A stretch of 64,000 nt of DNA from Alphaproteobacteria bacterium (GTDB lineage: Bacteria > Pseudomonadota > Alphaproteobacteria > CALKHQ01), in the NCBI GenBank assembly GCA_965227515.1, contig CBDDFZ010000002.1, positions 384,001 through 448,000 on the forward strand, written 5' to 3'. The notes beneath the pieces were generated by a model, which was not told where the DNA came from, did no database searches, and worked only from the letters and a program-made list of their open reading frames with translations. Made by a program: the position numbers and the translations under genes. Positions within the stretch are counted from its first letter, which is position 1. Every line of letters starts with the position of its first letter. This document shows, in pieces, positions 1 to 14,004 of the stretch.

Positions 1-102
1 GTTTCCGTTGGATGGACGGTCCGATTGCTTGCCCAATGGCCTGTTGTGAACCATGGCGCGGACCATAGCGCAGTCGGGAGTGCCCTGCTACAACCCGCGG
101 CC

Positions 103-942
103 ATGCCCGAGTTGCCTGAAGTCGAGACCATCTGCCGCGGCCTGGCGGCCCATATCGAGGGGCGCCGGATCGCGGGCGTCGACGTGCGCCGCGGCGACCT
201 GCGCTTCCCGCTGCCGGCCGACTTCGCGCGGCGGCTGGCGGGACGGCAGGTGGAGGCGGTGTCCCGCCGCGCCAAGTACATGCTGTGGCGGCTGGACGAC
301 GGCACCATCGTGGTCGGCCACATGGGCATGTCCGGCCGGATGACGGTTCTGAACGGCGCGCCGCTGCCGGTCGAAACCCACGACCACCTGGTGTTCCGGT
401 TCGACGACGGGCAGGAGGTGCGGTTCCACGACCCGCGCCGGTTCGGCTATTTCGACCTCAGCACCGCCGAGGGCTTGGACGACCACCACTTCTTCCGCGC
501 GCTGGGCCCTGAGCCGCTGGGCAACGCCTTTAACGCCGACGCCCTGCAGGCGGCGCTTACCGGGCGGCGCACGTCGATCAAGGCGGCGCTGCTCGACCAG
601 CGAGTCGTGGCCGGGCTCGGCAACATCTATGTCTGCGAGGCGCTCTATCTGTCGCGGCTGTCGCCGCTGCGACGTTCCGACACGGTGGTGGGGTCGCGGG
701 CGGAGAACCTGGTCGCCGCCATCCGCGAGGTGCTGAACGCCGCCATCGACGCCGGTGGGTCCAGCTTGCGCGACTATGTGCAGGCCTCTGGCGAGCTGGG
801 CTATTTCCAGCACAACTTTTCGGTTTACGGACGCGCGGGCGAGGCCTGTCCCGCCTGTGCCGCTGCGGCCACGCCCTGCGCGATCCGGCGCATCGTCCAG
901 CAGGGGCGGTCGACTTTCTATTGTTCCCGCCGGCAAAGATGA
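103..942 (+). CDS. mutM: Formamidopyrimidine-DNA glycosylase/AP lyase (Fpg)
   Basis: N-terminal MPELPEVET (ATG at 103), RRAKY, H2TH GLGNIY and C-terminal zinc finger CPAC...STFYCSRRQR. Confidence 0.97.
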   Translation: MPELPEVETICRGLAAHIEGRRIAGVDVRRGDLRFPLPADFARRLAGRQVEAVSRRAKYMLWRLDDGTIVVGHMGMSGRMTVLNGAPLPVETHDHLVFRFDDGQEVRFHDPRRFGYFDLSTAEGLDDHHFFRALGPEPLGNAFNADALQAALTGRRTSIKAALLDQRVVAGLGNIYVCEALYLSRLSPLRRSDTVVGSRAENLVAAIREVLNAAIDAGGSSLRDYVQASGELGYFQHNFSVYGRAGEACPACAAAATPCAIRRIVQQGRSTFYCSRRQR

Positions 943-1158
943 TGTATCTGCCCGCCACATCCCCTGGCATCGACCTTCCTGCCGCTATCTGCCCCTGGAA
1001 TGTATGGCCCTGAAATGCATGGCCCGGGGATATGTCGGATATTCGGCCGGTGGGTGCGTGAGACGCAGCGTGTGGCATGCGGGCTGCATTGAACCGGTAA
1101 CGGCACGACGGCGGCCACAATGCCGCCGGTACGCGCCGCAGAAGGAGGGAGTGCAACC

Positions 1159-1935
1159 ATGGCATTCGAATTTATCGAGGTCGAAACCCGCGGCCACGTC
1201 GGGCTGATCCGCTTCAACCGGCCGAAGGCGCTGAACGCGCTGTGCGACGGCCTGGTACGTGAGCTGGCATCGGCCCTGGACGAGATGGAGGCCGACGACA
1301 ACATCGGCGCGATCGTGCTGACCGGCAGCGAGAAGGCATTCTGCGCCGGGGCCGACATCAAGGAGATGCAGGACCAGTCCTACATGGACGCCTATCTCAA
1401 GGACTTCATCACCGATGGCTGGGAGCGGGTGACCACCGTGCGCAAGCCGGTGATCGCCGCGGTGGCGGGCTATGCGCTGGGCGGCGGCTGCGAGGTCGCG
1501 ATGATGTGCGACTTCATCCTGGCCGCGGAGAACGCCAAGTTCGGCCAGCCTGAGATCACCATCGGTGTGTTGCCGGGCGCCGGCGGCAGCCAACGCTTGA
1601 CCCGCTTCGTCGGCAAGTCGAAGGCCATGGAGATGGTGCTGACCGGGCGGATGATGGACGCGGCCGAGGCCGAGCGCTCGGGCCTGGTCAGCCGGGTGGT
1701 GCCGACCGACGACCTGGAGGAGCAGGCGCTGAAGACGGCGGAGACCATCGCCGATATGTCGAGGCCCATCGTGATGATGGCCAAGGAGGCGGTGAACCGC
1801 GCCTACGAGACCACCCTGGCCGAGGGCGTGCGGTTCGAGCGGCGGCTGTTCCAGTCCGCTTTCGCGACCGAGGACCAGAAAGAGGGCATGCAGGCGTTCA
1901 TCGACAAGCGCCAGCCCAACTTCAAGCACCGCTAG
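1159..1935 (+). CDS. Enoyl-CoA hydratase (crotonase family)
   Basis: [27 protein letters not shown] motifs; SD GAAGGAGG upstream of ATG 1159. Confidence 0.93.
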   Translation: MAFEFIEVETRGHVGLIRFNRPKALNALCDGLVRELASALDEMEADDNIGAIVLTGSEKAFCAGADIKEMQDQSYMDAYLKDFITDGWERVTTVRKPVIAAVAGYALGGGCEVAMMCDFILAAENAKFGQPEITIGVLPGAGGSQRLTRFVGKSKAMEMVLTGRMMDAAEAERSGLVSRVVPTDDLEEQALKTAETIADMSRPIVMMAKEAVNRAYETTLAEGVRFERRLFQSAFATEDQKEGMQAFIDKRQPNFKHR

Positions 1936-1982
1936 GCGGACGCTCCTTGCAGCGGCAGCCTGGTCGGGCTGCCCACAGAACC

Positions 1983-2011
1983 TTGACATCGCCGCCGGTC
2001 AGCGTTATGCA
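1983..2011 (+). promoter_or_regulatory. Putative sigma-70 promoter of rpsT
   Basis: TTGACA at 1983-1988, then 17 nt, then TATGCA; about 40 nt upstream of the rpsT ATG. Confidence 0.45.
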
Positions 2012-2052
2012 CCGCGGCTTCCGTTCAATCCGTACCCTGTTTTGAGGCCCCG

Positions 2053-2319
2053 ATGGCGCATCATAAGTCCGCGCGCAAGCGCATCCGCCGGAACGACCGG
2101 CGCGAGGTGATCAACGGCAACCGCATCAGCCGCATCCGCACCCACCTGCGCAAGGTGGAACGCGCGATCGCCAGCGGCGACCAGGCCGCGGCGATGTCGG
2201 CCTTCCGCGAGGCACAGCCGGAGATGCATCGGGGCGTCAGCAAGGGGGTGCTGCATCGCAACACCGTCGATCGGCGCCTGTCTCGTTTGTCCCGCCGTAT
2301 CAAGGCGATGGGCGCCTAA
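2053..2319 (+). CDS. rpsT: 30S ribosomal protein S20
   Basis: [12 protein letters not shown]...SRIRT...[14 protein letters not shown]; 88 aa, basic; conserved position upstream of dnaA. Confidence 0.97.
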   Translation: MAHHKSARKRIRRNDRREVINGNRISRIRTHLRKVERAIASGDQAAAMSAFREAQPEMHRGVSKGVLHRNTVDRRLSRLSRRIKAMGA

Positions 2320-2465
2320 ACTTCTCTCTTTCCTGCAAGAGAAGTCCGCTTTCGGACATGGACAATACTGTTGTCCATTTCCGCTTCCGAGCATAGATTC
2401 TTTGTTGTCTTTCAAAGGCTAACCGGCGTGCCCGGCAGATTTTTGTTTTTTTGACAAACCGCCTA

Positions 2466-2494
2466 TTGAATCCCCCAAAGGCCCAAGTTAGTAT
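2466..2494 (+). promoter_or_regulatory. Putative sigma-70 promoter of dnaA overlapped by a GANTC site
   Basis: TTGAAT-N17-TAGTAT in the AT-rich rpsT-dnaA spacer; GAATC at 2468-2472. Confidence 0.55.
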
Positions 2495-2726
2495 TCCTTT
2501 GACGCCTCCGGAGAGAGGTTTCAAAACAAAACGAGGGTCCCCCAAGGTGAAAAAAGTTAATAAACAGTATTCCTTGGTTTGGTGGGTAGAATTCAACTCT
2601 CGTTTTCAGCCTAACAACCGCGCCTAGCGCATTCAATCTTTGTGCATTGTCCGGCATTCGTCGGGCAAACGGGTGCATTTTATCTTGCTCGCATAGAGCT
2701 GGGCAGCCTTTTTGAAGGGTGGTGCG

Positions 2727-4325
2727 ATGGATCCTCTGACGAACCGCGCGACGGTATCGGCCACGCACCGGAGCCAAAACCGACCCCCCAAGACGACTAC
2801 TTCCGGGCCCGACCAGGACGCAGATTTCGCCCGCCAATGGGTGCGGGTGCGGGGTCAGTTACGCTCCGTGTACGGGGAAGCCGAATTCCGTAGCTGGCTG
2901 AAACCCCTGGAGTTCATGGAGGGGGGTGCCCAACACGTCACCCTGGGCGTGCCGACGCGGTTCATGCGCGACTGGATCGTCAACAACTACGGCGACCGCA
3001 TCGCGCAACTCTGGCAGGCCGAAAGCGGCCGGGCCCTGAAGCTGGATATCGTGACCTTGCCGTCGGCGGCCCCCCGCCAGGCCCGCGACAACGGCGCGCG
3101 GCCGAACGGGTCCAGCCCGAATGGATCTAGCGACGAGCAGGGCGGACTGAACGGCCGCGACGCCGCCGCGCTGGATGACGAGGAGGACAGCCACGTGCAT
3201 GGGACCGGACTGGCCGCCGACATGCCCGCGGACTTGGGCGTCAACGGGCACGATGCCGCCGACGCCATCGACCAGGCTCTGGTCGGCCGCCTGGACCCGC
3301 GCTTCCGGTTCGAGAACTTCGTGGTCGGCAAGCCGAACGAGCTGGCCTATGCCGCCGCCCGCCGCATCGCCGGCGCGCCGCCCAACGACGTGCCGTTCAA
3401 CCCGCTGTTCCTCTATGGCGGCGTGGGCCTCGGCAAGACCCACCTGATGCACGCAATTGCCTGGGAGATGCGCACCCGCTTCCCCGACCGCAAGGTGCTC
3501 TACCTCTCGGCCGAGAAGTTCATGTACCAGTTCGTGCGCGCGCTCCGCTTCAAGGACACCGTCGCGTTCAAGGACCAGTTCCGCTCGGTCGACGTGCTGA
3601 TGATCGACGACATCCAGTTCATCAGCGGCAAGGAGTCGACCCAGGAGGAATTCTTCCACACCTTCAACGAGCTGGTGGACCGTAACCGCCAGGTCATTGT
3701 CTCCGCCGACAAGTCGCCGGCCAACCTGACCGATATGGAAGAGCGGATGAAGTCCCGCCTCGGCTGGGGGCTGGTGGCCGACATCCACCCTACCGACTAC
3801 GAGCTCAGGCTCGGCATCCTGCAGGCGATCGTGGAGCGCCACCCGAACGTGGAGGTGCCGCAGAAGGTGCTGGAGTTCCTGGCCCACCGCATCACCGCCA
3901 ACGTGCGCGAGCTGGAGGGCGCGATGATCCGCCTGTTCGCGGACGCCACCCTGGTCGGCCGCCGCATCGACCTGGACTCCACCCAGGATGTGCTGCGCGA
4001 CCTGTTGCGGGCCAACGACCGCCGCCTGACCATCGAGGACATCCAGAAGCGGGTGGCCGAGCATTACAACATCCGCTTCACCGACATGCACTCGGCCCGG
4101 CGGTCCCGCGCCATCGCACGCCCGCGCCAGATCGCGATGTACTTCTGCAAGCAGCTGACCTCGCGTTCGCTGCCGGAAATCGGCCGCAAGTTCGGCGGTC
4201 GCGATCACACCACCGTGATCCACGCGGTCCGGAAAGTGGATGAGTTGCGCGGCACCGACGCCGGCTTCGCGGAGGACCTGGACCTCCTGCGCCGGATGCT
4301 GGAAGTGGGCACCGCGCAGCACTGA
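2727..4325 (+). CDS. dnaA: Chromosomal replication initiator DnaA
   Basis: FENFVVG, NPLFLYGGVGLGKTHL, DDIQF, TQEEFFHTFN, NVRELEGA, GGRDHTTVIHA; start uncertain (2712 or 2727). Confidence 0.98.
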   Translation: MDPLTNRATVSATHRSQNRPPKTTTSGPDQDADFARQWVRVRGQLRSVYGEAEFRSWLKPLEFMEGGAQHVTLGVPTRFMRDWIVNNYGDRIAQLWQAESGRALKLDIVTLPSAAPRQARDNGARPNGSSPNGSSDEQGGLNGRDAAALDDEEDSHVHGTGLAADMPADLGVNGHDAADAIDQALVGRLDPRFRFENFVVGKPNELAYAAARRIAGAPPNDVPFNPLFLYGGVGLGKTHLMHAIAWEMRTRFPDRKVLYLSAEKFMYQFVRALRFKDTVAFKDQFRSVDVLMIDDIQFISGKESTQEEFFHTFNELVDRNRQVIVSADKSPANLTDMEERMKSRLGWGLVADIHPTDYELRLGILQAIVERHPNVEVPQKVLEFLAHRITANVRELEGAMIRLFADATLVGRRIDLDSTQDVLRDLLRANDRRLTIEDIQKRVAEHYNIRFTDMHSARRSRAIARPRQIAMYFCKQLTSRSLPEIGRKFGGRDHTTVIHAVRKVDELRGTDAGFAEDLDLLRRMLEVGTAQH

Positions 4326-4333
4326 CGGCCCTT

Positions 4334-4367
4334 GCGCCATCTCCCACCCGCCGGTGGGGGATGGCGT
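4334..4367 (+). terminator. GC-rich stem-loop just after the dnaA stop
   Basis: GCGCCATCTCCCACC-CGCC-GGTGGGGGATGGCGT, 15-bp stem with G-U pairs; no U-tail, so it may be a stability hairpin instead. Confidence 0.45.
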
Positions 4368-5184
4368 GCCCGATCCCCACCTGATTCTGTCGTCCTCGCC
4401 CCTGTGGCAAGAATTTTTTGTCTGGAATGCCAACAAGACAAGGGTTTCTCGCTGGCCAACTCGACAGTCCACCGGCTCGCATTTTTGCTTATGACGCCCG
4501 GTGCAGGTCTATTGGTCGAATATTCTGGAGTGATTAGCTCGCGCAGATAGCGGTTTCGGCGAATATTCGTGAATTGTTTGTCGATGTAGTGTGGTGGAAG
4601 CTTGGATGACGGCGGACAAGCACCATCGAGGCCGAACACGGCATGGCTGGTGACGGGCCGGTTGGGCGGAGCAGTGGGCAGGCGCCAACCTCATCTCCCG
4701 CTTGTCTTCAAGCAGAGCGTCGACAGCCAACTGCAAATCTAACCGCGAGCGGCAGAAAGAGGACGGTCGCATCGTCCATCCGTCATAGGCGGCGGCAATG
4801 GCGGCCACACCCCCCGAATTCCCCGAAAATGTTTGGGAATCAACCGGTTTGTGCTAGAAAACGGGGGTCTGGACGGGATGATGTTTTGGCGGCTGCCGGG
4901 CGGCTTGTCCGGCGGGCTTTTTGGCCGATTCCGGCCGCCTCGAGTCTCGCTGCACATGGTCGTTTCGCTGCGCCAAGTCGTCCCGCTGCATCACGTGTTG
5001 GCATCGGATTCGGCGCTTCGCCACCAGCCGGCGCACCTGCGGCGGCGGCGGATGCGCAGGGACTACATCTACCCCGGCCGGCATCGACCCCGGCCGCCAT
5101 CGACCGAAGGGCGCCGGAACGGCGCAATCGGCCGGACGGGCCTGGAAGCGCCGAATTGCAAGCTGCGGAACTGGATTGGGAATC

Positions 5185-6312
5185 ATGAAGTTAGTCATCG
5201 AACAAGCGGCATTGTTGAAGTCACTCGGCCACGTGCAGAGCGCGGTCGAGCGGCGCAACACCATCCCGATCCTTTCCAACGTGATGCTGGACGCCAAGGA
5301 CGGCAAGGTCAGCATGACCGCCACCGACATGGACCTGGCCATCGTCGAATCGACCGCGGCGGATGTCGCCACGCCGGGCGCGGTCACCGTGCCGGCGCAC
5401 ACCCTCTATGAGATCGTGCGCAAGCTGCCGGACGGCGCGCAGATCGACATCGAGCGCGCGGCCGACGGCAACCAGGTCAAGATCGTTTCCGGCCGGTCGC
5501 GCTTCTCGCTCGCCTGCCTGCCGATCGAGGACTTCCCGATGCTGTCCAGCGGCGAGCTGGCGCACAGCTTCGCGGTCGGCGCCGGCGACCTGCGCGGCCT
5601 GATCGACCGCACCCGCTTCGCGATCTCCACCGAGGAGACCCGCTATTATTTGAACGGCATCTACCTGCATGCCGCCAAGACCGACGATGTCGACGTGCTG
5701 CGCGCGGTGGCGACCGACGGCCACCGGCTGGCCCGGGTGGAGATGCCGCTGCCGGACGGGGCGGCGGCCATTCCCGGCGTCATCGTGCCGCGCAAGACGG
5801 TGAACGAACTCCGGCGCCTGCTGGAGGACCGGACCGACGAGGTGCAGGTCTCGCTGTCGGAGACCCGCATCCGCTTCGCCTTCGCCGATATCGTGATGAC
5901 GTCGAAGCTGATCGACGGCACGTTTCCGGACTACAACCGCGTCATCCCCAGCGACGACCACAACAACAAGGTGCTGGAGGTCGACCGCGCCGCGTTCGCA
6001 CGCGCCGTCGACCGGGTGGCGACGATCTCGTCGGAGAAGTCGCGCGGCGTGAAGCTCTCCATGTCCAATGCCAATCTGGTGCTGTCGGCGACCAGCCAGG
6101 AGAACGGCACCGCCACCGAGGAGATGGAGGTCCGCTTCGCCGACGACGAGAAGCTGGAGATCGGCTTCAACTCGCGCTACCTGCTCGACATCACCCAGCA
6201 GATCGAGGGCGAGGGCGCGCAGTTCAAGATGGCCGACGGGGCCTCGCCGACCATCGTGCGCGACAGTGCGGATGCCAGCGCGCTCTACGTGCTGATGCCG
6301 ATGCGGGTTTGA
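5185..6312 (+). CDS. dnaN: DNA polymerase III beta sliding clamp
   Basis: VERRNTIPILSN, ETRYYLNG, ATDGHRLA, GTFPDY, IGFNSRY, C-terminal VLMPMRV. Confidence 0.98.
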   Translation: MKLVIEQAALLKSLGHVQSAVERRNTIPILSNVMLDAKDGKVSMTATDMDLAIVESTAADVATPGAVTVPAHTLYEIVRKLPDGAQIDIERAADGNQVKIVSGRSRFSLACLPIEDFPMLSSGELAHSFAVGAGDLRGLIDRTRFAISTEETRYYLNGIYLHAAKTDDVDVLRAVATDGHRLARVEMPLPDGAAAIPGVIVPRKTVNELRRLLEDRTDEVQVSLSETRIRFAFADIVMTSKLIDGTFPDYNRVIPSDDHNNKVLEVDRAAFARAVDRVATISSEKSRGVKLSMSNANLVLSATSQENGTATEEMEVRFADDEKLEIGFNSRYLLDITQQIEGEGAQFKMADGASPTIVRDSADASALYVLMPMRV

Positions 6313-6327
6313 CGGCTGTCCCGGATC

Positions 6328-7551
6328 GTGTCGGCCCCTGCCCACCAGATAAGCAACATCGCGCAGCGACCCAGCCCGGGCAGCACCCCGGTGACGGCGG
6401 TGCGCCGCCTGCGCCTGACCGATTTCCGGAGCTACCGCAGCGTGGCGCTGGACGTGGAGGCCGCTCCCGTGGTGCTGGTCGGCCCCAACGGGGCGGGCAA
6501 GACCAACCTGTTGGAGGCGTTGTCGTTCCTGGCGCCGGGGCGCGGGCTCAGGCGGGCGCGGCTTTCCGCGGTCGGCCACCGGGCCGGCGAAGCGCGGGAG
6601 GACGATGCGCCTGAGAACGACAGTGGAGCCGCCTGGGCGGTCGCCGCCGATATTGCCACCGACGACGGCGTCCCGGTCCGCATCGGCACCGGGCTGGAGC
6701 GCGATGGTGCCGCCGGCAGCGAGCGCCGCGTGGTGCGCATCGACGGCGCCGCCGTGCGCGGGCAGCAGCCGCTGGCCGAGCACCTCGCCGTCGCCTGGCT
6801 GACGCCGGAACTGGACCGCCTGTTCATGGACGGCGCGTCGGGCCGGCGCCGGTTCCTCGACCGGCTGCTCACCGCCTACGACCCGGCGCATACCGGCCGC
6901 ATCGCCGCCTATGAGCATGTGATGCGCGAGCGCAACCGCCTGCTGCAGGCCGGCAATGCCGACCCGGCCTGGCTCGGCGCGCTGGAAGACCGGATGGCCC
7001 AGAACGGCATCGCGATCGCGGTCGCGCGGCGCGATTTCGTCGACCGGCTGGCAGCGGCGCTGGAGGGCGGCAGCGGCCGCTTCCCGGCGCCCGATATCGC
7101 CGTCGACGGCGCGCTGGAGACGTGGCTGGAGGAGGGGTCCGCCCTGCAGGTGGAAGACCGGGTGCGCGAGGCGCTGGCCGCTGGCCGCCGCCGCGACGCA
7201 GAGGTGGGCGGGGCCGCCATCGGCCCGCACCGCAGCGATCTCGCCGCCCGCCAGCGCGGCAGTGCGCGCCCGGCCGCCGAATGTTCAACCGGCGAGCAGA
7301 AGGGCATGGTGCTGGCGCTGACGCTGGCCCACGCCCGCCTGATCGCGGCAGACCGTGGCGCCACCCCGGTGATGCTGTGGGACGAGATCGCGGCGCACCT
7401 GGATGCCGGCCGCCGTGCCGACCTGTTCGATGACATTCTCGCCCTTGGGGGGCAATCGTGGCTGAGCGGCGCGGACCGCGCGCTGTTCGACCCATTGGCC
7501 GGGCGCTGCCAGTTCCTGGCGGTGACACCTGGCGCCGTGACGCGATCCTGA
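6328..7551 (+). CDS. recF: DNA replication/repair protein RecF
   Basis: DFRSY, Walker A GPNGAGKTNLLEA, RRRFLDR, GPHRSD, STGEQK, DEIAAHLD. Confidence 0.96.
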   Translation: MSAPAHQISNIAQRPSPGSTPVTAVRRLRLTDFRSYRSVALDVEAAPVVLVGPNGAGKTNLLEALSFLAPGRGLRRARLSAVGHRAGEAREDDAPENDSGAAWAVAADIATDDGVPVRIGTGLERDGAAGSERRVVRIDGAAVRGQQPLAEHLAVAWLTPELDRLFMDGASGRRRFLDRLLTAYDPAHTGRIAAYEHVMRERNRLLQAGNADPAWLGALEDRMAQNGIAIAVARRDFVDRLAAALEGGSGRFPAPDIAVDGALETWLEEGSALQVEDRVREALAAGRRRDAEVGGAAIGPHRSDLAARQRGSARPAAECSTGEQKGMVLALTLAHARLIAADRGATPVMLWDEIAAHLDAGRRADLFDDILALGGQSWLSGADRALFDPLAGRCQFLAVTPGAVTRS

Positions 7552-7556
7552 CGTGA

Positions 7557-10084
<2,528 letters not shown>

Positions 10085-10098
10085 GGCCGGCGCTTCCA

Positions 10099-10180
10099 GT
10101 TACGGGGACAGTTTACTTGATTCATGCTCGATGGTTGCCACGAGCTGGAAGTTGCGAATTAAGTAAACTGTCCCCGTAAC
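10099..10180. repeat. 82-bp element bounded by 25-bp inverted repeats (REP/MITE-like)
   Basis: GTTACGGGGACAGTTTACTTGATTC ... GAATTAAGTAAACTGTCCCCGTAAC, 24/25 complementary. Confidence 0.85.
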
Positions 10181-10207
10181 CGCAACGCCGCAACCGTGGA
10201 CCGCAAT

Positions 10208-10600
10208 ATGCCTGACGTTGAAACCTCGACACCGCCGGGCACGCCGACACCCATCGGCCCCTACAGCCACATCGCCAAGGTCGGCGACAACATCACCATC
10301 GGCGGCGTTGCCGGGTTCGATCCGGCGACCGGCCAACTGGCGGGCGAGGACGTCTATGCCCAGACGGTCCAGATCCTGCGCTCGTTCGAGGTGATGCTGA
10401 AATCGGTGGGCTCGGACCTCGGCCATGTGGTCCACATCAACATTTTCCTGAAGGATATGGCCGACTTCGAGCGGATGAACGAGGCCTATGCCTCGGTGAT
10501 GGGCGACCACCGGCCGGCGCGTACGGCGTTCGGCGTGGCAGCGTTGCCGAAGCCGGGGCTCAGGCTGACGATGAACCTGACGGCGGTGACCGCCGGGTAG
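10208..10600 (+). CDS. RidA/YjgF/UK114 family protein
   Basis: PIGPYS, QTVQIL, NIFLKDMADF..MNEAY, PART..V..LP. Confidence 0.9.
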   Translation: MPDVETSTPPGTPTPIGPYSHIAKVGDNITIGGVAGFDPATGQLAGEDVYAQTVQILRSFEVMLKSVGSDLGHVVHINIFLKDMADFERMNEAYASVMGDHRPARTAFGVAALPKPGLRLTMNLTAVTAG

Positions 10601-10647
10601 GGATTGGGTTTCGCAGAACGCTCGCCTGGGCAGCGCCCAATCCAAAC

Positions 10648-10760
10648 TGTCACCCTTGGCCGTCAGGCCGAGGGTCCATTCCAGTTATTGCGCGAAACCA
10701 TCCATGGATCCTCGACACGACGCGGCGAACAAGTTCGGACCGCGCCGGTCAAGGATGACA
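10648..10760. repeat. Degenerate GTCA...TGAC palindromic intergenic repeat
   Basis: TGTCACCCTTGGCC...AGGGTCCAT paired with ATGGATCCTCG...GGTCAAGGATGACA; related to copies at 26131, 28956 and 44335. Confidence 0.6.
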
Positions 10761-10780
10761 AAAACGGGAAGTAGCAGCAG

Positions 10781-11270
10781 CTACATCGCCGAGAGCATGT
10801 GCTCCGCGCCGGAGACGGTCATGTCGCTCGGCACCTCTTCCACATTGACCTGCTCCACCACGCCGTTGCGGATCAACAGCGAGAAGCGCGCGCCCGCGGG
10901 TGCCGAGACCGGCGCCGCTGCCGTCGATGGTCAGGGCCCAGCGCCTTGGAGAACTCGCCGTTCCAGTCCGGCAGCATGGTGACCTTGTCGCCGACGTTCA
11001 GCGACTCGCCCCACGCTTTCATGACGAACGGGTCGTTGACCGACAGGCACACGATGGAGTCCACGCCCTTGCCTTTCAGCGCATCGGCATTGTCGCGATA
11101 GCTCGGCACGTGCTTGGCGGTGCATGTCGGCGTGTAGGCGCCGGGCACCGAGAACAGCGCCACGGTCTTGCCGCCGAAGATCTCATCGGTCGTGGCGTCC
11201 GCCAAGCCGTCCGGGCCCCATCGTCCTTGAACGTCATCGACGGAATCTTGTCGCCAACCTGAATAGCCAT
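10781..11270 (-). pseudogene. Peroxiredoxin, Prx5/type II, with frameshifts (probably sequence errors)
   Basis: Fragments MAIQVGDKIP / FSVPGAYTPTCTAKHVP / SVNDPFVMKAW / RFSLLIRNGVVEQVNVE lie in different frames; removing 4 single bases gives 162 codons. Confidence 0.85.
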
Positions 11271-11399
11271 GGGGTGCGTCCTCTCTCTTTTGTCAGTTCG
11301 TTTGCTGTCGGCGAATTTCCGCGAATGCGGGCCGCGTTCACAGCCGTTGACGTAATGCAAGCCGGGGGCAAAGGGAAGGCCCTTCAAGCCCCTGGGTAG

Positions 11400-11915
11400 T
11401 CAGCGCGAGATAACACCACAGGCGATGCGGGCGCCGGCATCGCCGGCCGGCTGGGACTGGTAGTCGTCGGCGCCGGCATGAATGACGACGGCCGACCCGT
11501 CGGCGTCGAACAGGGTGGCCGGGTTGCCGTCCTCCAGGCTGATCGCGTCGACGAAGTACTCGACCACTGTCGGGTCGTCGGCCCCGACATGGATGTTCGG
11601 CAGGTCGCCGGGGTGGGGACCGTGCTCACTGTGCACCCCGTGTTCGCGGTCGAGCGCGAAGTGGCCGCCGGCCGAGGTGAAGTCCTCCGCCGAACAGTCG
11701 CCGGTCTCGTGAATGTGGATCGCGTGCTCGCCGACCGGAATGCCGTCGACGACGATGATGATGTGCACCATGCCGGAGGCGGTGGATGCGAAGTCCACGG
11801 TGCCGACCAAATTGCCGTTCCGGTCGCTGAGTTCGGCGGTGGCGTCGGCGCCAAGGGCGGTAACCGGGGTCGCGGCGAGTAGGGTTGCAGCAAGCATGTT
11901 GCGCATGAACGGCAT
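11400..11915 (-). CDS. sodC: Periplasmic Cu/Zn superoxide dismutase
   Basis: Signal peptide; HAIHIHETGDC, SAGGHF, HPGDLPN, VIHAGADD, GDAGARIACGVI. Confidence 0.93.
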   Translation of the reverse strand: MPFMRNMLAATLLAATPVTALGADATAELSDRNGNLVGTVDFASTASGMVHIIIVVDGIPVGEHAIHIHETGDCSAEDFTSAGGHFALDREHGVHSEHGPHPGDLPNIHVGADDPTVVEYFVDAISLEDGNPATLFDADGSAVVIHAGADDYQSQPAGDAGARIACGVISR

Positions 11916-12016
11916 GGGACGAACCTCGCTGGGGTGAGTCGGGCGGGACAGTTCAACAGCACAATGATCGTGGCGGCAACCGGTTCCCGGACCGTTTTAC
12001 GCGTGCGGTGCCGACG

Positions 12017-13984
<1,968 letters not shown>

Positions 13985-14004
<20 letters not shown>

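Noticed and set aside
2320-2726. oriC in the AT-rich rpsT-dnaA spacer
   Set aside because: No recognisable TTATCCACA-type box cluster; promoter and leader features explain the AT richness.
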